Of a stretch of 64,000 nt of DNA, positions 37,276 to 48,272 are shown in pieces (within the stretch, counting starts at the first letter, position 1; each line of letters opens with the position of its first letter). The stretch covers positions 3,906,001 to 3,970,000 of the forward strand of contig CM068771.1 in the NCBI GenBank assembly GCA_035084275.1, read 5' to 3'. Below the pieces are notes generated by a model. The model was not told where the DNA came from. It was given only the letters and a program-made list of their open reading frames with translations, and did no database searches. This DNA comes from Hydrolagus colliei (Eukaryota). A program made the position numbers and the translations under genes.

Positions 37276-37930
37276 ATATTATTATAGTCCCGATCCCCCA
37301 CTCTTATCCCAGAGCCCTGCAAATGTTTCCTTTTCAAGTACTGAACCAATTCCTTTTCGAAACGTACTATCAAAATCTTTCAGACATTGGATTTCAGATT
37401 GTAACGTCTCCTCAGCTTTACATTGCAACAAATGTAGGCTCGTTTAGCTATTTAGGAATAATCTACTAATGGTTGTAGTGACCAAAGCTACTGGTAATAA
37501 TAACTCAATTGCATTTGGAATCTATTGTACACAATTTCTTTTGTCAACTCTCACCACTATAAATTTCTCCGTATTAAGCAGTGTTTGCAGCTCTCCCAAT
37601 ATTGCGGTATTAGTGTCTGATTAAGCTGTCCGCACAGTTACAGAATGATTATTGCTTACAATAAAGCTCCATGCATCGCTTGCAATGGGAACCTTTGACT
37701 GAGAGAGCCCGAATGCTTCTGTTGGTGGGTACCACTCAGCCTTCAATTCCAGGATAGTATCACTACTGAACCGAAAAGTTAATTTGCAATGATTGAAAAC
37801 GACACTTGCCAAACAATCTGATTGAAAATGACAATTGAAAATGAAAATTGAAAAAATGAAAATTGAAAATGACACTTGCCAAACAATCTGTGAGCGGAAC
37901 ATTAAATTTGAGTCAATAGATGTTTCTTCC

Positions 37931-38450
37931 TTATGAACCTTTCATCTCACAGACTATTAGTGGCTTAGCGTTTTTCCCGTCAACATTAAACCAAGGACTG
38001 AAGTAAGGATAAAGTCTCTCAGTGAAAGTTTGGGTGAAAGTGTGGAGATGAGACATGTTATCAGCGTTGTAAAATGACACCTGTCCCCCCTCATAGTCCA
38101 GGTAAACTCCGATCTTCCAAGGTCTCTCTCTCAAAGGGAAGGGAGTAGGAGGGGAGGTACCAGCCTCATAACTATTCCCATTTCTCAGGGTCATTCTCCA
38201 GTATCCAGCCTCTGGTGCCAGTATGATTACCCCTTTCCTGTTGACAGACTCTCTGGCCACTCCCACATCCCAATCAGTCTTGTTGTCCACCTGCACCTCC
38301 CAGTAATGTTTCCCAGGACACTAACACAGGAATCAAACCTCTCTGGGTTGTGAGGAAGCAACTTCTGTTGGGCCCCAAGTCTTACACTTTTCAGGTCCTC
38401 AGACAGGATGAGCCGGGGATGGGCTGTGTCAGGATCCAGAGTGACGGTAA
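37931..38450 (-). pseudogene. BTN-B last exon: B30.2 with a 22-bp frameshifting deletion; spliced frame stops at 38227-38229 (359-aa product)
   Basis: ttaatttcAG acceptor; [14 protein letters not shown]...CVSVLG then ctgggaaacattactgg, where BTN-A has ctggga-tccaagggcttcacatcaggga-gacattactgg; the SPRY half is intact in the other frame (ORF 37931-38296). Confidence 0.85.
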
Positions 38451-39309
38451 CTGAAATTAAAAATTACACATATAAGTGGAATCGGACACTGACAAATTTG
38501 TGCAACTAACCCCCACCCCAACACTGCTTAGAGTATCAGCTTTGACTATGTGATTCCAAGTCCTCAAATAACAACAACAACAACACAATTACATTTGTAG
38601 AGTGCCTTTCATGTCGGGAGGACATCCCAAGGGGAAATATAAGGATGGGACCCACAACCTTTTGACCCAGGAGACAGAATAGCTCTCTTTGCAACAGGCT
38701 GCCATATGCTAACTCAAAGGTCCACCTGTGTCTATTCAGATGAATGTGAAAGATGCCAACATTGTGTTTTGAAAAGAGGAGGGTATAAACTGATGCAAGT
38801 ACAGCTTCTGAAGCAACAGAATACTCTGCACACACAGGCACTGCCCCCTGAATTCTTCCTTCTCTATAAAGGTATTCCTCCATCCTCTGGAACTCCATCC
38901 TACATTCCCTTCACCCCAATCCCTCCCTTCTTTCCTTCAAGGCAAGTCTCAAGCTGGCACTCTTCAATCACGCCTTTCACCATCCTTCTAACCTCTCTGC
39001 CCTCCTTGATCCCAACCCCCACCCTCCTGCGTGGGTTCTAATCCCTCAGTGTCCACCACCTTGTCCATTATATGAATCTTACATCTTGTTTCTTTCATTA
39101 TTCATACGAAGTAATTTGTAAATCTGCTTCCAATTCTAAATTCTGCTAAAATCACCGAGAATAATCCAAAAAATCATGAAATTCATTTGTTGAATAGAAT
39201 AGAATCATAGAATTGTACAACACAGAAGGAGGCCATTTGGCCCATCGTGTCTGTGTTGGCTCTTTGAAAAGAGCTGTCCAAATCAATCCAACTCCCTCAC
39301 TCACTCCAC

Positions 39310-39760
39310 ATTATTTAAGAAACGTGCTCAACCTTAGAGGGGGTACAGCCTAGGTTAGTTCCTAGGTTGGTTCCTGGGATCAGGGGGTTGACCTATGAGG
39401 ATAGGTTGAATAACTCTGCCTATATTCTCTAGAATACAGAAGAATTATAGAAACCTATAGGATTCTTCAGGGGCATGACAGGGTAGACAGTGTGAGACCG
39501 TTTCCCCTGGTAGGAGAATCTGTACTCAAGTATCACTGTTTTAAGATTAAGGGTCAGCCTTTTCAAACAGAGTTGAGGAAATACTTATTTACTCAGAGGG
39601 TAGTGAATTTATGGAACTTTCTACCCCAGAAGGCTCTAGATGCTCAATCCTTGAATTTATTCAAGATGGAGATTGATAGATTTCTAATTGATAAAGTGAT
39701 TAAGGGATATGGGGATAAGGCTGGCAGATGGAGTTAGATTAGAAGATCAGGCAGGATTTT
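39310..39760 (+). mobile_element. Old CR1 3-prime fragment
   Basis: FTQRVVNLWN-type coding remnant. Confidence 0.8.
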
Positions 39761-40344
39761 ATTGAATGTTGGGAAAGGCAGGATCTTATTGAATGTTGGG
39801 AAAGACTTAGGTCCCGACCAGACTGTTCAGCGCTTTGGGACGTCCTCCCAACATGAAAGGCGCTATATAAGTGAAATGTTGTTGTTGTTGAATGGCTTAC
39901 TCCTGCTCATAATTCCTATGTTCCCCGCAAACCTATCCTTTGCAAATATCTAACCAGTTCTCTCTTAAAAGTTGTCACAGAATTGGCTTCCTCCCTCCTT
40001 TCAGGCAATGCATTCCAGCAAACTTGAGCTGAAACTGAAATGTGGGTATGTATTACAGTGGAAGCCACTATAGTGTGATAATTCAGGTATAAATCCGGTT
40101 AATGTGGACAAAATGTCTTGCTGGTCACCAATATATCCGCTCACTTGTCACGAGTGGCTCTGGGTGGGACTTGGGAGAGGTCAGATTGTGATAGACTGAC
40201 TGTGGACTCCAGCCATTCACAAGTGGTTTTCAATTGTCAGTCAGGGAGGGGGCGGAGAAATGGGGGGAGAAAAAACAGGGAGGAGCCAAATTATGATTGA
40301 TTGACAAGCTGGGGCTGCTTGTGATTGGGTGGAGCCCACCCATT

Positions 40345-40627
40345 CATCAGCAGTTATACTCTCAGCCTCAGATTCAGCCTCTCTGGTCCCACACTGTGGA
40401 ACTCCATCCCACAGCGCCTCTGCCTTGCTTCAAGGCCGGTCAAGACTTTCCTCTTCAAGTGCCTTTGGCTGCCCCACTACTCTTCCCCCTCTCCCACTAT
40501 CCTTCCCCTTCCCCCTACCCTGACTCTCCCCCCGACCCACTTGGGTCCCGACCTGACTGTTCAGGGCTTTGGGACGTCCTCCCGACGTAAAAGGCACTAT
40601 ATAAGTGCAATTTTGTTGTTGTTGTTA
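40345..40627 (+). mobile_element. L2 3-prime fragment
   Basis: gggacgtcctcccgacgtaaaaggcactatataagtgcaattttgttgttgtt tail. Confidence 0.75.
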
Positions 40628-40891
40628 TTGTACGCTGTCAATAACCTCAGGGTTGCTGCTAATTGGCTCCCTTCCTGACCGTTGGGAATGGAAGGGAGGA
40701 GGGGCCAACCATATTTAGCATCTTGGAACATCCTCTCGATGTGAAAGGCGCTCAAAAAGTGTCATGTTGTTGTATTCTGATTTGCGGCTCGTTTTAATGG
40801 ATTTTAAAATTGATGAGATCGCATTGTACATTTTGAGGGTAAGAAGGTTGCTGGGGTTATTTCCATTGGGCATCATTAGGACAGTTCTTAC

Positions 40892-40918
40892 CTCCACAAA
40901 TAAACATCCATTCCCACT
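40892..40918 (-). CDS. BTN-B 27-nt exon (E-WEWMFICG)
   Basis: ttttcctctttttcAG|agtgggaatggatgtttatttgtggag|GTaaga. Confidence 0.75.
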
Positions 40919-41686
40919 CTGAAAAAGAGGAAAAAGGGGACAGATTGTTAAATCTTTGGGAGGAATCAAGAACAAAGATGCAGGAGAAGTCTTTCTGTTT
41001 CATCGCTCCATTTTACGAGACCTTCAAATTCCTTTTTCTCTTTGCCTTTCTCGATTTCCCCCAAATGCTCTTGCTGCCTAAGGATCCTTATATTTTCCTT
41101 TGAAGCATAAGAAATTAATTCTGTATCTTAGGCCTTCTGGTGCATTGTGTTCTGTATTCCTACAAGTCTCTATGTAATGAATTGTTCTCTGATCTCACTT
41201 CTAATTGGCACAGAACTCATCTTAAGACTATATCCCAGAACACCTAGTCATCCTTACCTATCCTGCCTATTATTCAGAAAAACTCAATCAGATCACCATT
41301 TAATTTACTCTTAGTCTATTAATCACCTTGAGATTCTACATGCCAATGGCTTTAACATCAGTAATAATAATAATAATAATTCTTGCATTTGATATAATCC
41401 TTATTACATCTTTGAGACTCTGAAAGTGCTTCACAATAAAGTCAATTTTGAATCTCAAAGATGCTATAAGGCACCATGTCAAATGTGTATTATTATTATT
41501 ATTTTATATTCAGGTGGGTGTTAAAAGATAATCCATTACACTATTTGTACAGAAGAGATTTGTTTGGCTAACAATCCTCCAAATAAGAATTTGGGATATC
41601 CTCATAATAGTTAAAGTACTGTACATATTGTTGTTATTATTACACAGGCCAGTGAGCAGAGGGAGCCATTATATAGCTGAACTTAC

Positions 41687-41704
41687 CCATTGTTTTCTGA
41701 AGGC
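41687..41704 (-). CDS. BTN-B 18-nt exon (G-LQKTM)
   Basis: tttctccaatAG|gccttcagaaaacaatgg|GTaagt. Confidence 0.75.
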
Positions 41705-42842
41705 CTATTGGAGAAACATAAAATGAAGGTAGCATTAGATCTATTGCTTCCAAATCTATTTGCTGGCACAATTGGGCAAAAGAATACAGGCAGAAGACAA
41801 AACAAAACAGACGCAAATTTCTCTGAAGAAAAGCAACTAGGGTTAATTTAATGTGAAACAAACTGAATATTCTAAATTCCTATCTAAAAGGAATACCCAC
41901 TTAAACTGATGTGTGAAAGAAACCCACCATTTACATTATAATTCTAAAACCAAGGGTTGTGAAACTGGAGATGACCATTTTTTTGGAGTGTCAGCTGGGC
42001 GTCTGACACATGCAGAAATCCATCACTTAAGATTCTTGTGATTGCTTACGATTCTCCAAACCAAACTGAGATTTCCATGCACCTACATATGGAAATCACA
42101 GAGATAGATTGTTGGAATGGAATGTGCACTCTCTCCCTGCTCTCTCCCCTGCTCACCTAATGAGTATTAGGTGCTGGTTGAACAAGTGGTAAGGCTTGGG
42201 AGACCATGGAGTGTGCATTAGGGGTAACAGTTGGGAGTCCAACCAGCTAAAATTGCATAGCTTGCCATTGATATCATTGTCTTTCAAGCTTTCCTGCTGC
42301 TTGTCCAGCTAGGACCACCCTACCCATTAGGGCTTTGGATTGAAGAGTTAATAGGAGTTGAGTGGGAGGACTCCCTTCGCCCAATGATCTGCCCTTCCAA
42401 GTCCTGCCGATGAGCCAGGCTCAGGAAACGGATTGGAGACTGACAAAGAGGGCTGGCTTAATGCTGACAAGATGTCACATTGGAGCCAGCTCCGAGCAGA
42501 TCCCACAGTGATGGAGGATAGGAAGTAACCAGGTAAGTAGTTAAATAGCGGATAACTAATAGCATGTATAATAATAATCCTTGAGATAGGCTAACTTATG
42601 AAGTCAGAATGTTTCAAAATGCTTCATAAGATCTTTTCTGTGAAGTAAACCTACAAATATACAGTCAATTCACTTTACAGTCTATTCTGTGAAGCGCTTT
42701 GAGACATTGATAAGATGTGAAAAGCACTATATCAAATGCAAGGATTACTAGGTATGTTTGTAGGTACACAGAAAATAGAGATTAATCTACCTATGCATTT
42801 TAATTACTATTATTTATATTTCTCACTGTATTTGGCGCATAC

Positions 42843-42962
42843 CTTTGATCTTGTTGCGTTGTCGTACGTTACAGTGCAAGCCCAGAATAAAAACTACCGT
42901 GAATATCGTCAAGAGAAGCAAAGAAACCACCAACCACCCAGAGATTCTGGGAAATACATCAT
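42843..42962 (-). CDS. BTN-B transmembrane exon (DDVFPRISGWLVVSLLLLTIFTVVFILGLHCNVRQRNKIK)
   Basis: cacttttcAG acceptor, GTatgc donor, 120 nt. Confidence 0.85.
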
Positions 42963-43329
42963 CTGAAAAGTGAAAATACTGCAAGTTTAGTTTTCAGCTT
43001 GACATTAAATCCAAACAAATGCAATTAATTTCTTAACTAGAATTGTCCAGGTAGATTTGAGATCGTCCTTATTCAACTTTTCAGCTGATGACTTCAGGGA
43101 GGCTTGTATTTTTAATGAACTGAATCGAAATGTGCCTAATTTTCATCTGATTTTATGAACATAAGTGTAAGTTCCCCTCCCTCTATCCTCATCACTATCA
43201 ACAGCTGAAACTTAAGTCTCTGTGTTCCCATTCTCTGGAGCTTCATTGCTTTTTCTACCTTAACAGCTTGTAAAGCTGCCTAAAAATCTATCCTTTCAAC
43301 CCTGTCTATGGTCACCTCTCTTCTTCACC

Positions 43330-43641
43330 ATAATAATCCTCGCATTTGATATAGCATCTTATCACATCTTCTAGATGCCTCAAAGTGCTTCACAGAATAT
43401 ATTGTTTAAAGTGAATTGACTGTATATTTTGTGGGTGAAATGCAGCAGACAATTGCACACAGCGGTGTCCCACAAACAGTCGTGGATTGAAGTCACCAAT
43501 TTTATTACTGTTTATTTTCGAGGAATTATTGTCGGGCATGTGGAGTAAGGAAACTTGCCCAAGGTTTCACCCTGCCTGGAATCGAACCCAGGTCTCTTGC
43601 TTGTAAAGTGAGTGCTCTAACCACTGAGATACAGGACTCCA
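43330..43641 (-). mobile_element. Full-length SINE copy
   Basis: Reverse complement of the SINE consensus. Confidence 0.85.
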
Positions 43642-43930
43642 CTTGTAAACTGCTGTTACTCTCGTACCCGGGTGGCCCAAGGTTTGGCTGCCGAGGGCCA
43701 GATGCCCTATTTGAGAAACGTCCCTGGGCACAACAGCAGTATCTTTGTGTTTAGATCCCAGCTTGGATCCCCAGATTGGGTCAAAATTCCTGACTGTTGA
43801 GTGCCTTGGGACATCCCCGCAATGTAAAAAGGGCTACAGAAATATAATTTTGTACTGTTACCGTCTTTCCCTTTGAGAAACATAACATTTACAGATTGTG
43901 AAGTGTGCGGGAGGGCCAGATGAAACACGG

Positions 43931-44681
43931 TAGGGTGGGTGTGTGGGGAGGGGAGGGGGTGTGTGGGGAGGGGAGGGGGGGTGGGGGGAGGGGGGGTGGG
44001 GGGAGGGGGGTGGGTGTGTGGGGAGGGGGGGTGTGGGGAGGGGGGGTGTGGGGAGGGGGGGGTGGGGGGAGGGGGGGGTGGGTGTGTGGGGAGGGGAGGG
44101 TGGGGGGGGAGGGGAGGGGGGTGGGGGGGTGGGGGGAGGGAGGGGGGGGGGTGTGGGGAGGGGAGGGGGGGGGTGTGGGGAAGGGAGTGGGGGGTGGGGG
44201 GGGTGTGGGGAAGGGAGTGGGGGGTGGGGGGGGTGGGGAGGGGAGGGGGGGTGGGGAGGGGAGGGGAGGGGGGGGTGGGGAGGGGAGGGGGGGGGTTTGG
44301 GGAAGGGAGTGGGGGGTGGGGGGGGTGGGGAGGGGAGGGGGGGTGGGGAGGGGAGGGGGGGTGGGGAGGGGAGGGGGGGGGGGTGGGGAGGGGAGGGGGG
44401 GGGGGTGGGGAGGGGAGGGGGGGGGGGGGGGAGGGGAGGGGGGGGGGGTGTGGGGAGGGGAGGGGGGGGTGGGGATGGGAGGGGGTGTGTGTGGGGAGGG
44501 GAGGGGGGGTGGGTGTGTGGGGAGGGGAGGGGGGGTGGGTGTGTGGGGAGGGGAGGGGAGGGGGGGTGTGGGGAGGGGAGGGGGTGTGGGGGGGGGAGGG
44601 GGGGTGTGTGGGGAGGGGAGGGGAGGGGTGTGTGGGGAGGGGGGGGGGGTGTGGGGAGGGGGGGGGTGGGGGGGTGATGGT
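43931..44681. repeat. G-rich minisatellite (GGGGAGGGGAGGGGGGGGT-like units)
   Basis: Directly visible; flanks resemble a hAT-Charlie-type MITE (about 43668-44718). Confidence 0.95.
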
Positions 44682-44986
44682 GGATTGAAACGTCCTGCCG
44701 CCAGTTGAACCTTCCCTACATGAAGGGAACCACATCAATTCAACTAGCAGGTGAATGTGCTAACACATCTACAGAGAACCATAACTCTTTCTACACGTTG
44801 TACGCTATGTAGATGCATTGTGCCAACACAGCAAGTAGTAGCTAGAAAGAGATATCGGGCTAGCAGTGTATAACACAGTGAACTACCATTTAAACCTTGT
44901 GTATTCACTATTGGTTACCATGTTACCAAGGTCCTGAGAAGTGCAGTACCAATGTAATTTGTAGTTTCAGTTGTTACAGATTATAT

Positions 44987-45056
44987 TCTTTGTCTAGCTA
45001 ATATCTTTGTCTAGCTAATATCTTTGTCTAGCTAATATCTTTGTCTAGCTAATATC
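44987..45056. repeat. 17-bp unit x4 perfect tandem repeat (tctttgtctagctaata)
   Basis: Directly visible. Confidence 0.95.
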
Positions 45057-45081
45057 AAGAATGATTTACGTGCCGACTGAC

Positions 45082-45366
45082 CTGCAATTTGGATTCTTCC
45101 TTCCTTTCCTTTCTTCATTAAACGATTGCTGATCAGACACTTAAACCTGTTGCTGGAATCTTTGGTAATATTGAGGGAGGTTTGGATATTCACGAAACCT
45201 TCGGGATTCTGTTCTTCCTTTGTTTCACTTTGCGCCGTCAAATTGACTCCTTTACCATCCATCCATAGAACATCTGGCTCAGGATACCATCCCTCGGACT
45301 CGCACACGAGCCAAATACCTCCACTGTGGTATCCTTGCATATAAACCCAAGGCTGCCTGCCAAGAA
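45082..45366 (-). CDS. BTN-B IgC exon
   Basis: catctcacAG acceptor, GTcagt donor, 285 nt; LVCESEGWYPEPDVLW ... FKCLISN. Confidence 0.9.
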
Positions 45367-46004
45367 CTGTGAGATGAAACACATCAAATCACCCTAAATC
45401 ATAATGAAAAGCAGTTGGATTAAATTATATGTTTGGGGTCACTTTGCTTACGAGTCTCCAAACACGCCTACACCTAGAGATGACCCTACACGCTATGTGT
45501 TTGTCGCCTACACCAAGAGATTTCTACTACGTCCTTCAGTTTATTTAAAACACTGTTTGCTTAACCATACAGTGTAATAATAATACTTTTCCTTACGTTT
45601 GATATAGTGCTTTTCAAGTCTTCTAGACGTCTCAAAGTGCTTCACAGAATACACTGTAAAGTGAACTGACTGTACATTTGTGGGGGAAATGCAGTAGCCA
45701 ATTATCACAGCAGTGTCCCCCAAACAGTTGTAGATTGAAGCGACCAATTTATTATTCTTTTATGTTTCTTGGGGATTATTATCAAGCGTGTGAAGTAAGG
45801 AAATTTGCCCAAGCTTTTGCCCTGCTGGTAATTGAACCAGGTCTCTTGCTTGCAAGGCAACTGAGCTACAGGACAGTGTAGCCAAATATACTTCTTTATC
45901 ATGTGAATTTGGTCCCAATTCACTACACACGTAAAACAGCATGAAGTGACATTGGAGGTGCCCTGATGATTTGGAAGTCACTTGGAATCACTTGGAAGTC
46001 AATT

Positions 46005-46311
46005 GGATTCCTGTAGCTCAGTGGTTAGAACACTCGCCTCAGAAGCGAGAGATCTGAGTTCGATTCCCGGCAGGTCAGGGCGAAACCTGGGGCAAGTTTC
46101 CTTACTCCACATGCCTGATGAAAATCCCACGAAAGTTTTTAAAAAATTCAATCCACAAGTGTTTGTGGGACACTGCTGTGTCTAATTGGCTGCTGCGTTT
46201 CACCCACGAATATACAGTCCGTTCACTTTACAGTATATTCTGTAAAGCGCTTTAAGGCATCGAGATGACGTGAAAAGGGCTACATCAAATGGAAGGATTA
46301 TTATTATTATT
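46005..46311 (+). mobile_element. Full-length SINE copy (reference copy)
   Basis: A box TAGCTCAGTGG at 46014-46024, B box GTTCGATTCC at 46058-46067, Deu-like core, L2-like tail, (ATT)n. Confidence 0.9.
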
Positions 46312-46709
46312 TTTCTTTCAGGTCAGGAAGTGAGCTACATATCTGCCTGGATGGACACTGAAAGTGGCAATCGATCACACCTTGCTGTAGCTGTACAATA
46401 TTGCATGTACACAGCACAGCATTTTTCAGGTTAGAAGGACATCTCAAAGCATTCCAAACACTGACTGGGAGCCTGAACTTGGGGAGTGGGAGTTGGAGGG
46501 TGTCCTAAGGAGCAGTAGAAGACATAGATCTTGAGACAGAAGGATTGGGAAGGAGGAGGCATGAGGAGCCACTCCAAGAGGGAATCCCAGCGAGTAGAAC
46601 ATGATCAGATGGTGAGGGGACTGGGTAGGAAGCGTGAAGGTTGTGCAAGACACAGAGGCAGAAACATCGATCAACAGAAAACAAAATACTACAGATGCTG
46701 GGAATCTGA

Positions 46710-46883
46710 AACAAAAACAGAAGTTGCTGGGGAAATTCAGCAGGTCATGCAGCATCCATGGAGAAAGGAAAAAGTCAACATTGACTCTTATATACCTTGT
46801 AGACCCGAAACGTTGACACTTTTTCCTTTCTCCATGAATGCTGCCTGACCTGCTGAGTTTCCCCAGCAACTTCTGTTTTTGTT
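46710..46883. repeat. Long inverted repeat (about 75-bp arms), probably Penelope-like element terminus
   Basis: aacaaaaacagaagttgctggggaaattcagcaggtc... and ...gacctgctgagtttccccagcaacttctgtttttgtt flank gacccgaaacgt; the PLE assignment is from recalled similarity. Confidence 0.7.
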
Positions 46884-47004
46884 ACAGACATCAACAGGTT
46901 AGGTTTGGCCTAGGATAACAGTGCATATCACAAGTGAATGAACAATAAGGCTGAGAGTGTTAAATACCGAGTGAATAATAATAATTATTGTTAGAAGTTC
47001 GGAA

Positions 47005-47312
47005 GCTCAGTGGTTGGAGCATTCACCTCTCAAGTGAGAGACCTGGTTCAATTCCCAGCAGGTCAGGGTGAAACCTTGGGCAGGTTTTCTTATTACACAC
47101 ACCTGATAATAATCCCACCAGAAAAAAAAAAAAAAAATTGGCCACTTAAATCCACGGCAATTTTTGTGGGACACTGCTGTGCACAATTGGCTGCCATGTT
47201 TCACCCACAAATATACAGTTAATTTACTTTACAGTATATTCTGTGAAGCGCTTTGAAATGTCCAGAAGACGTGAAAAGCACTACATCAAATGCAAGGATT
47301 ATTATTATTAAA
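47005..47312 (+). mobile_element. Full-length SINE copy
   Basis: agctcagtggttggagc head to (ATT)n tail. Confidence 0.85.
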
Positions 47313-47561
47313 TGCAAACTTTCTTTAATGAAAATTAACAATAGACTGCAAATGTTGTTATTAATGAGGAGAAATTCCACCAAGGTCAAGATTTACTCTA
47401 TTTCTGAAGTATTTCTAGAATTTGCCAATTGCTGAATTCAATTTTAACCTTGTAGACAGTTCCATTACCATTTCTTAAAAGAAAGGTGTACTCTGCATCA
47501 ATACAATAAGTTTAGATCCAGTGAGATTTTCCCTTAGAATAATTATAATCTTTACATTTAA

Positions 47562-47855
47562 TTATAGCACTTTTCACATCTTCCAGACGTCTCAAAGCAC
47601 ATCATAGAATATACTGTAAAGTGAATTGACTGTACATATATGTGAGTGAAATGTGGCAGCCATTGCGCACAGCAGTGTCTCACAAACAGTCGTGGATTGA
47701 AATGACCTATTTTTTTTTTATTTTTTTTTGTTAGGGATTATTATCAGGCATGTGGAGTAAGGAAACTTGCCCAAGGTTTCGCCCTAGCCGGGAATCGAAC
47801 CCAGGTCTCTCTCTTGCAAGTCGAGTGTTCTAACCACTGAGCTACAGGATTCTTA
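47562..47855 (-). mobile_element. Full-length SINE copy
   Basis: Reverse complement of the SINE consensus. Confidence 0.85.
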
Positions 47856-47924
47856 TACAGTCTTGTTATACATGTCAGTGGGGAAACAAAACACTCTCTA
47901 GGGAGATTTAGAAATGGTACTTAC

Positions 47925-48272
47925 CCAGAACTTGCAATTGGATCTTTGCCTCTTCGTACCATCCACCGTAACTGATAAAACATGTGTACTCTCCATTATC
48001 TGACACCCGTACATCTTCCAGTCTGAGAGATGCATTGCCATTGATAAACTCCTCTACAAACAGCTGCGTTCTGTCTCTGTAGGCTATGTCTTGTTCTCCT
48101 GTCTGATCATGTCCTTCGCTGTACAAGTGCACAGGTGATCCGAATCCCTCCCTGAACCATCTCACCTCTGCTGTCTCCAGCGGCAAGTCTGTGGAACATT
48201 TACAGTCCAGGACAACAATGGAACCAGCAGTGGCTGGGATGGGGTCGGCTGGGCCACTGACTGTGAATCTCT
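47925..48272 (-). CDS. BTN-B IgV exon
   Basis: 348 nt, phase 1-1; ERFTVSGP, LDCKCS, VRWFR, GNASLRL, DNGEYTC, WYEEA; donor GTaagt. Confidence 0.9.

Noticed and set aside
39088-39145. Extra BTN-B linker exon (WKQIYKLL-like, on -)
   Set aside because: The best AG/GT pair gives 28 nt, which breaks the phase; the model already matches BTN-A exon for exon without it
43707-44738. Long Pro-rich and Gly-rich ORFs (343, 267, 249 and 244 aa)
   Set aside because: Artefacts of the stop-free G-rich minisatellite; no splice or domain support
44987-45056. CRISPR-like array
   Set aside because: Head-to-tail repeats without spacers, no cas genes, eukaryotic context
46005-46075. tRNA gene candidates (A and B boxes, here and at other SINE heads)
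   Set aside because: They are SINE heads followed by the SINE body; no complete cloverleaf or T-run terminator
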